A DNA stretch of 63,796 nt, the filler included, from Bigelowiella natans CCMP2755 (taxonomy: Eukaryota > Protista > Cercozoa): NCBI GenBank assembly GCA_000320545.1. It is 10 parts of 10 records of this genome, joined end to end, with 100 filler letters (N's around TTAATTAATTAA, not from the genome) between each part and the next. Parts side by side here need not be neighbours in the genome. Positions count along the whole stretch, not along the records: positions 1 to 16,244 come from ADNK01000732.1; 9 more parts are not named here. The stretch is one strand, 5' to 3'. Every line of letters begins with the position of its first letter. Position 1 is the first letter of the stretch. Positions 1 through 12,843 of this stretch are shown piece after piece. The position numbers and the translations under genes are program-made. The notes under the pieces are model-generated. The model saw only the letters and a program-made list of their open reading frames with translations, was not told the origin of the DNA and did no database searches.

Positions 1-127
1 CTTGAGATTCAACGGTATACTTTTTGCACATATGAGGTCAAGAATAATCTAAGTTTTTCTGTCACTATGTTGGGGTTGAAGGATGTTTCGGTCATCAGAA
101 AGTATTGCCTCACATCCTATGTTCCAG

Positions 128-498
128 GTACACACCTTGCATCGAATGGCGTCGAATGATCTTGCAGTTGGCGCAAAAGCATTACTTAAAGCAGGAGCCA
201 ACGTAAGAAGTCGGGCTAAAGATAGTGTATTACTCTAGTTTTATTTAATACACTAGTTTACGTCGTTCAGTGAACGTTTGTGTAGGTCAATTTATTAACA
301 TACCGCAATCATACTGTACATTTCTTCAGCCATACAAATCTACAAAATACGGTGAGGATGCTTTCTCGATCGCTTCCCAATCAAGTGCATTTGGCGTCCT
401 TAAAGTTTTGAAGGAATTTGTGAGGTAAGAAATTTGTGGTCAAATTTCGAACATGTTGCTCTTTGTTTACTTGTGTGATTATTCTTAGGGATGACTGA
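128..498 (+). CDS. 3' exons of an ankyrin-repeat protein (gene starts before the window)
   Basis: Exons 128-202, 330-424 and 489-498 with GT-AG introns give ..TLHRMASNDLAVGAKALLKAGAN-PYKSTKYGEDAFSIASQSSAFGVLKVLKEFVR-DD*, an ankyrin-like pattern. Confidence 0.7.
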
Positions 499-539
499 TT
501 TGCACAGAGTGTGCGCGCTCTCCAAAGATGCTTCATTCA

Positions 540-2300
540 TGTGATTGATCTAAAAAAAAAATGATGCAGCCAAAGATTGGTCATAAACATATGTAAGACT
601 TTTCCAATGAAAATTTGGACGAACTTATTTTGCAGTTGCACTTTGCATGAGACACACGCTTGCAAAACATGGTGACATTTGTGCAGCTCTACTAAGCTCG
701 TCACGACCACAATGGATGCGTCTGCTTGCGGTTGCGTTCGCCCGTGCGTTCGTGCGCAACGCAACGTGCATGCTGCTTGCAATGCAATGATGTCCCAGCC
801 AGCATCGCCGAAACAGAACATCACGCGGGCAGGGCACTGATCACCACTGCAGCAATCACATTGCATCTGAAGGTTTGATTCGTCACATTCCATATCGAAA
901 CGCTACGCACATGGCCACATTGCACCCCCGGCCACATGCTAGCTAGCATGCCAGCATTTTCAATCTGCACATGCTGCATGGCTGCGCTGGATCCGCATCG
1001 CAGGAATGCACATGGTATAGTGCTTGCAACGTATGACGGTGTACACAGTCATTGTTGTGCGGGCATTCTGTCATTGCATGCAGCACGCGCACACAGCTAG
1101 CTAGATGGCCATGCGTGTGGCCATGATAGACATGCAATGCACAATGTACATGATGCATGTAGTGCATTGCTGTGTCCATGTGCTTGCATGCATTGCTAAT
1201 GTCTAGATGTGCAAGCGATCGATGTGGACGGTGCCTACGCCTACTTTTCTAGTTTTACATTACATGACATGTGTAGCAAGCGCGGCAACACATCTAGACG
1301 TGTCTAGATGTGTGCTACTGTGCACCTTCATGCATGACATGTGTGGTGCATTGCTGTGTCCATCATGGCCCACAGCAAGTCCCGCATGTCACTCTTTTCA
1401 TCGTGATTGTGTCACCATCGTCGTCATCACAATCCCAGAGTCCCTTGGCTGGACGAGAAAGAAGAAGGCCTAATTCCACAAGGACCCCACGTTGATCCTG
1501 TCCATGATTGCCGCATCTTTTGGAATGAGGGTCCTCTTTTTCTCTCATTCCACCTTCCACGGCGCACCAAATTAGCAAGCAGAAAACTCCGCTTGCATGC
1601 ACTGCGCAGCATCTTTTGACGCGTGCCAGCGTGGAAAAAAAGGTCGGCGTTTCAATTGATGCTCCTCCTTTTGTGCTCAATGGCTCGACTTGCCAAACAT
1701 GAACACTGGGCATTCTGCTGACTGGTGTCTGTTGTTTTGTTGTGATTAATCGATCACTTCCTTTCCCAGATCCAATCTGCCGGCTTTTTTTGCTTCTTTC
1801 GGCAACTTCGTTTGCACGTGATTCAAACTTTTCCAAACAAAACGAAACAACAAAAGTGAGAGCTCGGGTCTGGGATTGCGGCCCCATGCCGGCCTGCTTT
1901 CTTCCGGCTGTCAAGCGAATGCACAGTGGCTCGCTGGCACTTTGCATGCACAGGACTGAGATTCAGTGCAAACCCTGCCATGCGTGCACGTGCACGTGTG
2001 CATGTGCACATGTGTCTGCTGTCACGTGTTTCATGCATTTGAAATTGGCAATTCACATGCATGCACGTGCCTGATGGTCTGCTTTCTAGACAGCACGTCA
2101 TCCCTGAATCTCTAGCATCCATCTAGTCTGCCATCACTGCCTAGCGATGCCACTTCCAGAGGAGATCACGATGGTCCACATCTTTCACGACATCACGTGT
2201 GTTGGTGTTGCATCTGCTTCTTCACAATGTTCACGGGACAACATGAATGAGCTCCCAAGATCGCCCATCGTGCAGATGGCGCGCATCTACTCCTGTGTGC
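540..2300. other. TpA-depleted intergenic tract 1
   Basis: Hand count over 1321-2280: 7 TA in 960 bp (4 are CTAG). Rich in CATG/TGCA/CACA, with CpG retained. Confidence 0.85.
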
Positions 2301-2302
2301 GT

Positions 2303-3831
2303 CTATTTTTTTGAATTCGTGGCGACCACTTCCGCCCCCAGCCCTCGCTTCAATTCCGTGCTCAAGAAGTACAAATCCCTCAAGTCTCTGTGGAACACCT
2401 GGAGCCGTCGATCAATGCAATCTTGCTCGATGAAGATTTTGAGTTCGTGATGTTTTGCCAAGTCATAGGGACTGTCCCCATTTTTGTCTTTCACCTCAAC
2501 ATTTGCCTTCATGTCAACCAGGTACTTTACGATCTCAAAATCACCCTCACGTGAACCCCAAATCAACGCAGTGTTACCTAACACATTGTAATGCAATCAC
2601 ATCAAAGCATGTAACATCTTTTTACAACTCATGCCTCACTGTTAGCATCAGAACCCACCGTACTTGCCTTTCGCCTCAACATTTGCCTTCATGTCAACCA
2701 GGTACTTTACGATCTCCAAATGACCATCACGGGAACCCAAAATCAACGCAGTATCACCTAATATATTGTTACGCAATCATATCAAATTGTGTAATATCTT
2801 CTACAACCCCTGCCTCACTGTTAGCATCAGAACCCACTGTATTTGCCTTTCGCCTCAATGTTTGCCTTCATATCAACCAGGTATTTTACGATCTCCAAAT
2901 GACCCTCACGGGAGCCCCAAATCAACGCAGTATTATCTAATATTTTGTCATGCAATCATATCAAAGTATGTAATATCTTTTACAACTCATGCCTCACTGT
3001 TAGCATCAGAACCCACCGTATATGCCTGTCGCCTCAACATTTGCCTTCATATCAACCAGGTACTTTACGATCTCCAAATGACCATGACGGGAACCCAAAA
3101 TCAGCGGAGTGTTACCTAATATATTGTCATGTAATCATATCAAATCATGTAACTTCTTTTACAACTCATGCCTCACTATTAGCATCAGAACCCACCGTCT
3201 TCGTCTTTCGCCTCAACATTTGCCTTAACATCAACCAGGTACTTTACGATCTCCAAATGACCCTCAACGGAACCCTCAAGCAACGCAGTATTACCTAGTA
3301 TATTGATATGCAATCATATCAAATTATGTAATGTCTTTTACAACTCCTGCCTCACTATTAGCATCAAAACCCACCATGTATGCCTTTCGCCTCAATGTTT
3401 GCCTTCAAGTCAACCAGGTACTTTACGATCTCCAAATGACCATGACGGGAACCCAAAATAAGCGGAGTATCACCTAATATATTTTTATGCAATAATATCA
3501 AAATGTGTAATATCTTTTACAACTCATGCCTCACTATTAGCATCAGAACCCACCGGCTTCGTCTTTCGCCTCAATGTTTGCCTTCATGTCAACCAGGTAC
3601 TTTACGATCTCCAAATGACCCATCTTGGAACCCAAAATCAACGCAGTATCACCTAATATATTGTTACGCAATCATATCAAATTGTGTAATATCTTTTACA
3701 AATCATGCCTCACTGTTAGCATCAGAACCCACCGTATTTGTCTTTCGCCTCAACATTTGCCTTCATATCAACCAGGTACTTTACGATCTCAAAATGACCC
3801 TCACGGGAACCCACGATTAACGGAGTTTCAC
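2303..3831 (-). CDS. Ankyrin-repeat protein, one 33-aa repeat per 99-bp exon (5' exons unresolved)
   Basis: Exons 3733-3831, 3554-3652, 3375-3473, 3196-3294, 3017-3115, 2838-2936, 2659-2757 and terminal exon 2303-2577 are all in frame. Consensus GxT(A/P)LIxGSxxGHLEIVKYLVDMKAN(V/I)EAK; phase-1 GT-AG introns of 80-81 bp. Confidence 0.93.
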
Positions 3832-3835
3832 CTAA
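2480..3835. repeat. 179-bp tandem repeat (exon+intron unit), about 7.5 copies
   Basis: Anchor aaccaggtactttacgatctc recurs about every 179 bp (one copy has a mismatch). Confidence 0.97.
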
Positions 3836-5177
3836 TAACAAAACAACTACATCCTTACATATTCAAAATCATGAATCTCATGATCGAAATAATGATGAAA
3901 TACCCTTTGGAGGTGTTTACGACTCATTGTATCACAACTTGCATCCGTAGCCATGCAAAGCGACTCATTTTGTAGTCGTGAAAAATGTCATGCATTGAAT
4001 GCCAACACTCACAATGTGTGCATTTACATTGTGAACAAATATCTTGAAAACACATTTAATTGCAAACACTGGTCGTTTGTTTCCCATGGGAAATCATGAC
4101 CCACATCCATGGAAATGATGCTCTTTCCTACTGCTCATTCCACCACCATCACTACATTTGCCATCAATCACTCAACACTCCCAACCACTGCCGCGACAAT
4201 GTCAGCACTGCCGCTGCTACCCACCGAAACGGTCGCGCTCCTCAACATCTGCGTTTTCCCCAATCAAACGCTTGAGACAGGGAAGGTCGTTGCTGTGTGT
4301 TGCTTCGAAGGTGTTGCTGGAGGTGCTAGACGACATTATCGCGCTCCACCAAGAGTACCGGCACTACAGCGCCATTACCCGTGAGTCGGGAGAAATGAGA
4401 AAGAGAAGGATTGACACATCGCGTTTCCTTTCTGGACAAACAGCCTCCATCATCATGTGAGCGACACAGTTGCTTGTTTTTTCCTCTTGCGACAGCAGAC
4501 CCGCACTTCAACAACCAAAAACAGATCCGTGATCTCTCCTGCGACCCGAAGAAGCTCCTTCCCAATCTCACAGGCTGTGATTGATGAAAGGATTGGAAGC
4601 TTTTACATGCGACATCAAATAAGTACATGCAGACTAAAGACTGGTGCCTTTCCAAAATGTTACTTTTTCAGCAATAAACATCTTTCAGAATCTTCGTACT
4701 TTCTCAACGAATATCATTTTGATATTAAAATCTAAGTCAAATAGCCCAGTCGTTCATAAAGAATAGAGGCCGCATAGATTCCTGCGATGTCTCTCTTGGT
4801 CTTAAGGGAGGCGATGTCGAAGAAGCTGTCTGTGCAGGTACAGAATCACTCGTTTTCACAACACGCCTCCCCCTGGTACAAAAAAACAATCACGACCCAT
4901 CCGTGGGGACAAACATCTTCCCGCGATCCGAACGGCCTACGACCCCCCTCCCCGTCTCTCTCGTAGTGGGGAAATATCACGTTCAACCCAAACAGAAAGT
5001 TACGGTATGGCATCCCCCCTGCTACCTTTCTTCCATAAGGACTGGAACTGCCGCGACTGTTGCAACTGTGGCGACAATGCGGCGTGCTTATTCCCACATT
5101 CTAATCTCACGTTCTATTCTTTAGTCTGTCCGACGTATTCACGAAGGGTCGCTGAAGCTTGAACCAATTAATTTCGA

Positions 5178-5878
5178 ATGGGGCCTAAGAACAAAGACAT
5201 CATAGCGGAAAAGCCCAAGAAGCCCCGGAAGAGAAGGGTTTCTACAACGATTAGGATTTCTGCTTTATGATCTATCGGCCAGCATCTAAAGAATTTAACC
5301 CTTCGATTGATTTATTTGCAGAGAAAGATCGAAATCGACCCGAGCACCCTTCCACGAGTAAACTTGGACTACAGTGCTGCGGCTTTGAAGGAAGAATGCC
5401 GTGCGCGGGGAGTCAAAGGTTCGCCGGGCGAGCGAGCAGGCAGCGAATTGACGTAATCATTGTCTCATGGGTTTGTGTATATCAGGCTTCAGCTCCTGTT
5501 CCAAAGAGGACCTTGTTGATATGCTGGGAGTCAACACGATAATGATGAGCGGTACCATGGCCTATAAGACACTGCAGCGAATCAAAGAAGTCATGGACGA
5601 CGAAGACCCAGAGAAACGGGCTGAAAAGTTGAAGAAGTTAGAGATCAAAAGGCAGCGCGGTGAGCGTCAGCAGCAGGAGAAGCAGAGACACAATGACGAG
5701 CAGAAGTACCTTATCATGCGCAGACAACACAAATACACACATACACACATACACACACACACACCACATCACATCACATCACATCACATCACAATGTTGT
5801 TCATGTGAACGCATTTATCTTCAATGTATTAAGAGTGATTGTGTGTATGCGTGGTGTGTAAGAAAGAGAGAGATTGGC

Positions 5879-5917
<39 letters not shown>

Positions 5918-6384
5918 AGAGCTTGCAAAGAGAGTGGGAGGGGAGGATGATAATTGCATACATCAGCACAGTATGTAGCTTGTATTCAACGTTGCACGGT
6001 TAAGGGCTTCAAACACGAAAGGTCTCTTTTGATTTCCGTTCTTTGTGCATTCTGGCTAGGTTGCTGCATACGAAGTCCATCCCGGCGATCCACGCCTGCA
6101 AGCTTGCACCGACAAACCAGCTCACGACGTTCAGAGGCGTGAATCGAGTCGAAATAGCAACGTGCAGTAATCTGTGCCCCGAGTGCGAGAGCAGTCCCAC
6201 GATATGGTCTTGCTCCAGCTGCGATTTCGATGCTTGCGCACGCTGTGTCAATTGGTTCGCTCTACCTGTCGATGAGCAAAACGCAAGGAAGCAGCAATAT
6301 GAAATGAAGAAACGCGAGCAAGAAGAGAGGGAGGACCGCGATGGCAGGAACAATCCTTTCCAGGCGCGCCGCCGCCGCGAGGAG
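5178..6384 (+). CDS. Protein with a Rho_N/SAP-like helical motif, coiled coil and DC1/ZZ-like Cys finger (3' end unresolved)
   Basis: Spliced: MGPKNKDIIAEKPKKPRKRR|RKIEIDP..LKEECRARGVKG|FSSCSKEDLVDML..|LLHTKSIPAIHACKL..CSNLCPEC..WSCSSCDFDACARC. Intron phases are consistent. Confidence 0.6.
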
Positions 6385-6487
6385 GTTCGAATGATGGCTG
6401 CGAATATCTCCCTCTTCCCTCCCTCCCCCCCTCTCTCTGCATATGTGTGTTTGTGTGTGTGTGTGTGTGTTATTGTGCTAAAGGAAT

Positions 6488-6526
<39 letters not shown>

Positions 6527-7744
6527 GAGGGGAGAAGCAACACTAGCAGTGCCTCTGTTTCGACATAAACGCCCTTTAACAATTACAATCCACGTATCAG
6601 ACCAATGAATACGGGGGGGAACCCTTACTCTGGTAATAACACGCTGTACTACCTCCAAGCCTTTGTCGGTATCGAATCGCAACCAGTGACTACTGCTGCT
6701 GCTGCTGCTGCAAGCATGAGACGTAGATTGCAGAATTTGGCTGCTCCATATCTGGAACGTTCCCCCTTCCGCCAAGCTCCGTGTAAATTTTGCATACAGC
6801 TTAATGAATCATATTTGGATATATTAGTTGTCAATCTACACACGGCTGCTTCCTCTCCCCTATGTATGTGCACAGATATACTCAGCATGTGAAATTTTTC
6901 CGTCGCAAAATAGTCGGTGTATTTGAACTGAAAACAGACAGTCTTCCACATCACCAGATCACAACTCGTTACAGAATTTATAAATATCATTTTTTTACGA
7001 GATTTTCTCGCCACCTACCCGTCGTATTTGATTCCATTGCGCGTAGCTAGTCGGCTACCATCATCGTATCTCTGTAAATAAGTATTTCTTTAAGATTAAA
7101 GTCCGGCAATCTATAAAACTTAATTCAAACATTCTTGATATAAAAAAACGTGTGTGGCCAAGCTATCTAGCTATGCATTTTATTTATGCGTAGGCTATGG
7201 TTGCGCAGGCTAGCAGGCCCTTATTTTGCGCGCTGAGAGCACGCCCACACGATACATTATAAATATGCTGCCTTTCCGTGCTAGCTAGCTATTAAATGCT
7301 AGAATGTGTAGGCGTCGTAGCTTCGTTTCCCCACGTAGATCATGATCGAACAAATGTATGTATGTGTGTGTGTGTGTGTGTGTGTCCTAATCCAAATGTA
7401 CACTGGCAGCTAGATGTAGCGCACTAGCTAGCTAGCCTAGCTGCAGCATCTTTTGTAGATATGTAATCATAGTCATAGAAATGTTTGCTAATATAGCTAG
7501 AGTATGCTATGCAGAAATAGTCATGCTAGCATGTGCACTGCAGTTGTGAATGCTGTTACTCGATCTATTTAAAATGTATTGAAGTGATCGATGTGCAAAT
7601 ACGATATGTCTCCATACGTACGCCTGCGTCTCATCTGGTACGGTACATGTAGACATCTGATCAGAAACTCTCTAACTCTGATCGGCTCAAACATTTAAAA
7701 CAAGAAAGATCATAGTTAATTGCATGCTAATAATAGACATAGTA

Positions 7745-7776
<32 letters not shown>

Positions 7777-8224
7777 TACATATATATATTACGTTGCCTA
7801 AAATGCTAACATGGATAGCATGCGGAGCATACAAATTTCATAGCTACATCCGATTGTCATTGACTAGACGACGTCCTCTCATGTACGTCTTACGATCTAG
7901 CGATGTAGACAATGTGTGCTTACGTGTCGCTATGTACGTATCGAGGCTACTCATATTGTGCACAGCGTAGCTACAAACCTATTTATAATAATCTAGTAAT
8001 GATAGCATAGCGCCATATAAAATTGTAAGAAATTGTCCGTTGTATCGAATGAAGGGCTACATATGTGTATATCTAAACATAGGACTCTGCAACGATGCTG
8101 TTTACCACTAAATGCGAGCATTAAGCATAGGTAATAGTGCATTTATAGTGCGCGGTTGACACGGGCGGCATCACTGTACACCGCAGCACTTGTAGCGTAG
8201 CAAGGGCTTGCCAAATTATCGCGA

Positions 8225-9891
8225 TCAAACCTGGCAAGTGGGATTGGGCTGGATTGTTGCAGGATCGTTGGCACATGGCTTCGAAAAACCATTTCTTCCT
8301 TTTTCCCTCTTGCATACCAATCTTCGGGTGTCACGGTAGGAATTGTCTTTCGCCTTGGTCGTTTCCGGCGAGCTGAACCATCTACACACATACAACGTGT
8401 GATGAGAAAACACAGACAGCTTCACCAACCAAGGGTGCACGCAGCAACATGATATCCACACAGCAAGCCTAGCATTTACCAAGCCTCCTCGAATTTGCAT
8501 GCCACGCAAAATAGTACAGAATTAGTGCTCTACCGTTCCAAAGCCACTCTGAGGGTGGTGCTGCGGCGCTTTTGACCAGGAACAGCGACGGTGTTGTAGC
8601 CGGCGTTCCTGGTCTCACTTTCCGCGTGCAACGCACATGTGGTAATGAATCGGCCGAAACCAGGCTGCCTCAGCTTTGCCTGGATCGTGTCCCTGAGCAA
8701 GGACAGCACTTGTTTCCTGAAATCTAGATTCAGGATCTTAATCTGGCTCTTTTGGCAGGCGAAAAACTGAGGAGGCAACGGTGCGCTACTGCCTGGAGGG
8801 ACGAACAGGCTGGTAGGCAAGATACAGAACCCCCCTTGAGGAGTTGGCTCTTCTCCGCTCGCAACCTCCCCGAAGAAGCGACTAAGATCAACGTCGAAAG
8901 GGGGCAGAGTCGGAGCATATCCAGTAAGTTGTCGCGAAGAAAAGTCGTTGAAGCCCCCAGCGTAGGCCGCCATCAAAACGGAGTCAAAAATATTTTGCTC
9001 CACAAACGTCGGAGTTTTGGTGCTGCTGATGCTTCGGGGCATGTCAAAGCACTGGGAAACGCCAAGAGAACAACAACAAGAAGAAGAAGAAGAACAAAAG
9101 CAGCCAGAACCAAAGTGCGGATGCCCCCCATAATGGGAAAAAAAACAGATCAGGATTACACATTGATGAATGTCGCCATTTGCTTGCTTATCGGTTGAGC
9201 AACTATACCTCTTCTGTAGAGAATCCTGCCTCTGTGCAGCCATTGGTGAAGTTGTTCGCCTCGTGGAGCCCTATGGACGCTCGTATTGTTGCGCCATAAG
9301 GGAAAAACTCCTCTCCATTTCTAAGAAGATGGATTTACACAAAAAGTTATTAAGAAAATTGAATTTTTTCAGCGTAGAAGCCTATTTCTCTCTCTCTCTC
9401 TCTCTCCCCCACTCGGTTATCATGGGGGTTGAAGAAATAGTCAAGGACTCTCTCCGCGGAGAGACATAACTAATTGTCGCCAAGCATCCGAAGGGATGCC
9501 GAATCGTTGCTGAGGAATAAGAGGCCATTTTGCCTCACGTGATACGAATGGCAAACGGAGTAGTCGTCTATGAAGCACCTCGATTGAGTAGCCCTGAGAT
9601 CTGCAGATCCTAGCGAGAAGAGAGCAGAACACGTGAACTTTTTATACACTTCCAACTTCGGATTTTCCACGAAGGATCGGACGAGATTGTCCCCGTGCAA
9701 CTCCGCAGCAATTCCACCCCCCGAGCAGCCGGCCACAAGCACCTTCAGAAAGATATTTTCAGAATGTAGCCAGAGGATGTACATAAAACTCTATTGAGAT
9801 TGGAAGTATCTCAAGATAGGTTTCGAATTTGTTTTTGTAGCTGTATAATTGATATCAGGCATATTCCTTTGGTGTTTTGTGTGTGTGTGTG

Positions 9892-9927
<36 letters not shown>

Positions 9928-10727
9928 ATGTGAGCGTGGCAAATGTGACCTTTCGCGCCTTTCCCAAACCGTGAAGATTTTGGAGATCCTTTAGTGTCGC
10001 CTTCGCATTTGCCATGCCGCGAAAGAAGAGTTGAGAGGGAAACGGAAAAGGATTACCCGTTGCCGCGGCTGGAAAAGCCGCCGAAATCGCATCTACAAGC
10101 TGCGGAGGAACATCCAACGGCGTCTCGCGGTTCCCAGCAAAGGAGAAGCCATCACAGAAGTTTACGTAGACGCGGTTGTATTTTGAGAACATTGGATTGT
10201 CAACCGGGCTCTTATCCAGCACACCCTTAATGTCAATTGTTTCATAAAATCCGGGAATGGGAAGGTCGCCTGGGTTCAGTTGGAACCCCAGGCTGCTGCC
10301 GAGATTGATGACGCCCTCTTCTAGGCGGGAAACCAACGGAAGGCGAGTTCTGATGAGGCATTCTTCCACGGTTGAGCATGGCACTCCTCCAGGAAACTGA
10401 ATTACCCAATGGTCCTCAAACCCCTTTTGTGCCTCAGCAAAATAGTAACCTAGTGACCAATTTCATTCATGCGTGATTCGAGTCAGACGATGGCTTGAGT
10501 ATGCTCTCTTAAGTGTTACCAGCTGGGGATCCATCCAAACACGCGGCGCCGTAAGAGTTTCTTGTCTCTTCGCCGATAAGGCGAAACGTGAGGGGATTCC
10601 CAGATTGACTCCTCTCCCCATCCGACGATTGGTTCAATCTCAACGCAGAGTGCCCCTGCTTCTCGCGACTCCAAGCCGAATTGACGTGAGGTAGGGCACA
10701 TATAAATGCCAATGCTAAAGAACGCAT
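8225..10727 (-). CDS. Secreted pectin acetylesterase/Notum-family alpha/beta hydrolase
   Basis: Signal peptide; GAACLDGSPAG-YY, WVIQFPGG, NPMFSKYNRVYVNFCDGFSFAG, LFFRG, nucleophile elbow VAGCSGGG, KTPTF..FDS, FITTCALH, and terminal NPTC. Confidence 0.88.
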
Positions 10728-11359
10728 CGTAGAAAACTTTTGATATATGTTCCAATGAGCCGGGAACGACGGTATTCCTCTATAATTCTGGCAGTTTGAG
10801 ATAAGAGAACGGGACGCGCTCTTCGCTCATGTGTATGGGGCTTTGAGGCAGTAGGCGATGGCCTGGGCCGGAAAAGAATTGCCCTTACTTTATCGTCCTA
10901 CGACAAAGAACGATGATGCAAAAAACCGTAAACAAAGCCGTTTTTTACAAGTTCAGCACGATGAAACCCTACGAAAACCCCATTGTTTTCGTAGAGCGTC
11001 AAGGACAAGAGCCTAATTTTGTGAAACAGAGAACGTTAGACCATGACCCGATGCAGTTGGTGCTCCAATGCCCTCTGTGCACTACAGCTACTCGGCGTGA
11101 AATTTGTTCGATGCAAGGAAAACTCTGTGCACTACTACGACACGCGGGTGCAAGGAAAACTCGTTGGTCTCGCGGCATCACGCCTCTGTCGGAAAAGTCA
11201 TTCGAACGAAAGATTGCAGGCTAGGATCGCGACACAAAGCTGTTTTGAAGGCCGGTGTGCTTTGTCGCAAGATCTAAACCAAAGACCATCCTGTACGCCA
11301 GCCATTCTATTGTCTACATTCGAGGACTTAAGACGTCACCTGAACCACAAATCGACAAG

Positions 11360-11468
11360 ATGGCCGTCCGATCCCAGCTTTGCACGCTGGTTGCTTTCGC
11401 TTCATTCATCGTGGCCTCTGCAGTATGGGCTGAGGGGCCAGAAGAGGTAGTTGCACAGAATAAGAGAG

Positions 11469-11515
<47 letters not shown>

Positions 11516-12843
11516 GAGAAGTCACATCATTGTGAAAAGCGTTTTCACACAGGTTAGCGAACTGAACGGGACGCCTTATGCTGTATATTCGGTGCCTGTT
11601 TCCATGGCGGAATCGGCGGCTGAGGAGTCTAGCAAGCTTTCTGTCGTTACCGTAGAGACAAGGGATATTCACCAAACATTCGTGTCCGACTTCTGGAAAA
11701 ATTCGCGAGAGTTCAAGCAGCTGGGGCTCTCTAAGCCATGGTCAGGCTACTACATGAAGGTAATAGAAACTGGCAGCTCTGTAAATTTGCGAAAGCTCCC
11801 TATCCTTATCAAAATTTATAATAAATAAGCTTTCGCGGCTCTATTCGCAGGTTTTCCTGCTCCGCGAGCAGCTAAAAGTATTGAATGAGACTGATCCAAA
11901 CCACTTGGTCCTCTTCACCGATAGCGACGTCTTCATTAGCCCCCAGTGCGATATCAAAGAGGTCCTTCTCCATTCGCCACAAAAATGAGCTTCACATTAG
12001 TTTATCATGGTCTTACGCAAGCTGTTATCAGTCACGGCAACGAAATCTAATATAGAGCGGTCAGATATACAATAGGTATCAGAAGCTGAAGCAAGCATCG
12101 GGCGGGATGGAAGTCTTTTTCTCGGCAGAGATCCGACGCTACGAATTTCCTAATAGGAACATCCCTGAGACACCCCAGTGGGCAAAGACATTAAATCCCC
12201 ATGTATGCTTGCCACTAGAAAGCACCAATGATCTTTTAAATGTGTGATGTTCCTGAACTTATTTTTATCACATTTCTTCAATATCATCAGATAATGGATC
12301 TTTCGGCTGCGAAGAAGCTCATGTGGAGGGATGACGCGAAGAGCTATGAGCAAGGAGGGTTGATCTATTTAAATTCTGGTGGCTTCATCGGCCCAGTGCA
12401 CAAGCTCCTCAGGGTCTGCAACATTGCAGCAGATGGTATCAGATATAAGCAAAGGGCTGCTAGGCCTCACCGCAAAAGCAAAGAGAGTAGCTCTTTGCTC
12501 GCCCTCGAAGTGGAAACAGCTGTTGGGACCGATCAGGTAGGGTGATGATTAATAATGTCGGTGGGCGACAACCCCTCATCTTTTTTGATGTGATCAGCAC
12601 TTTTTCTGGGATGCTTACATCTATCACCAAGATCTTGTCACTCTGGATTTCGCTGGTCTTCTTTTCCAGCCTCTCGCTGCGTTCGACCCCGAGGCAAGAA
12701 TGGCCGTGGATCAGAACGGTAATATCCATGATCGTTGGCTCAAGCAGGAGATGTGCTTCGCTCATTGCAACTCGAAAGAGCTCAAGAGTGGATGCAAAAG
12801 CTGGCTCGAAAAACATCGGGCAAAACTTCTCGGCAAAGTGTGA
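11360..12843 (+). CDS. Secreted PLOD-like (procollagen glycosyltransferase domain) GT-A protein
   Basis: Signal peptide; VVTVET, W..YYMK, VLFTDSDVF, VFFSAE, YLNSGGFIG, TDQ, VTLDFAGLLFQ, AHCNS; stop at 12841-12843. Confidence 0.8.

Noticed and set aside
537-2122. Many overlapping Cys/His/Met-rich ORFs (also 18281-19145, 35503-36829, 39723-39972)
   Set aside because: Expected by-product of TAA/TAG loss and Tyr->Cys/His, Ile->Met conversion in TpA-depleted DNA; no domain motifs.
2455-3975. Repetitive plus-strand ORFs and a possible CRISPR-like periodicity
   Set aside because: These are antisense shadows of the ankyrin exon-intron array. Whole 179-bp units repeat, with no unique spacers or cas genes.
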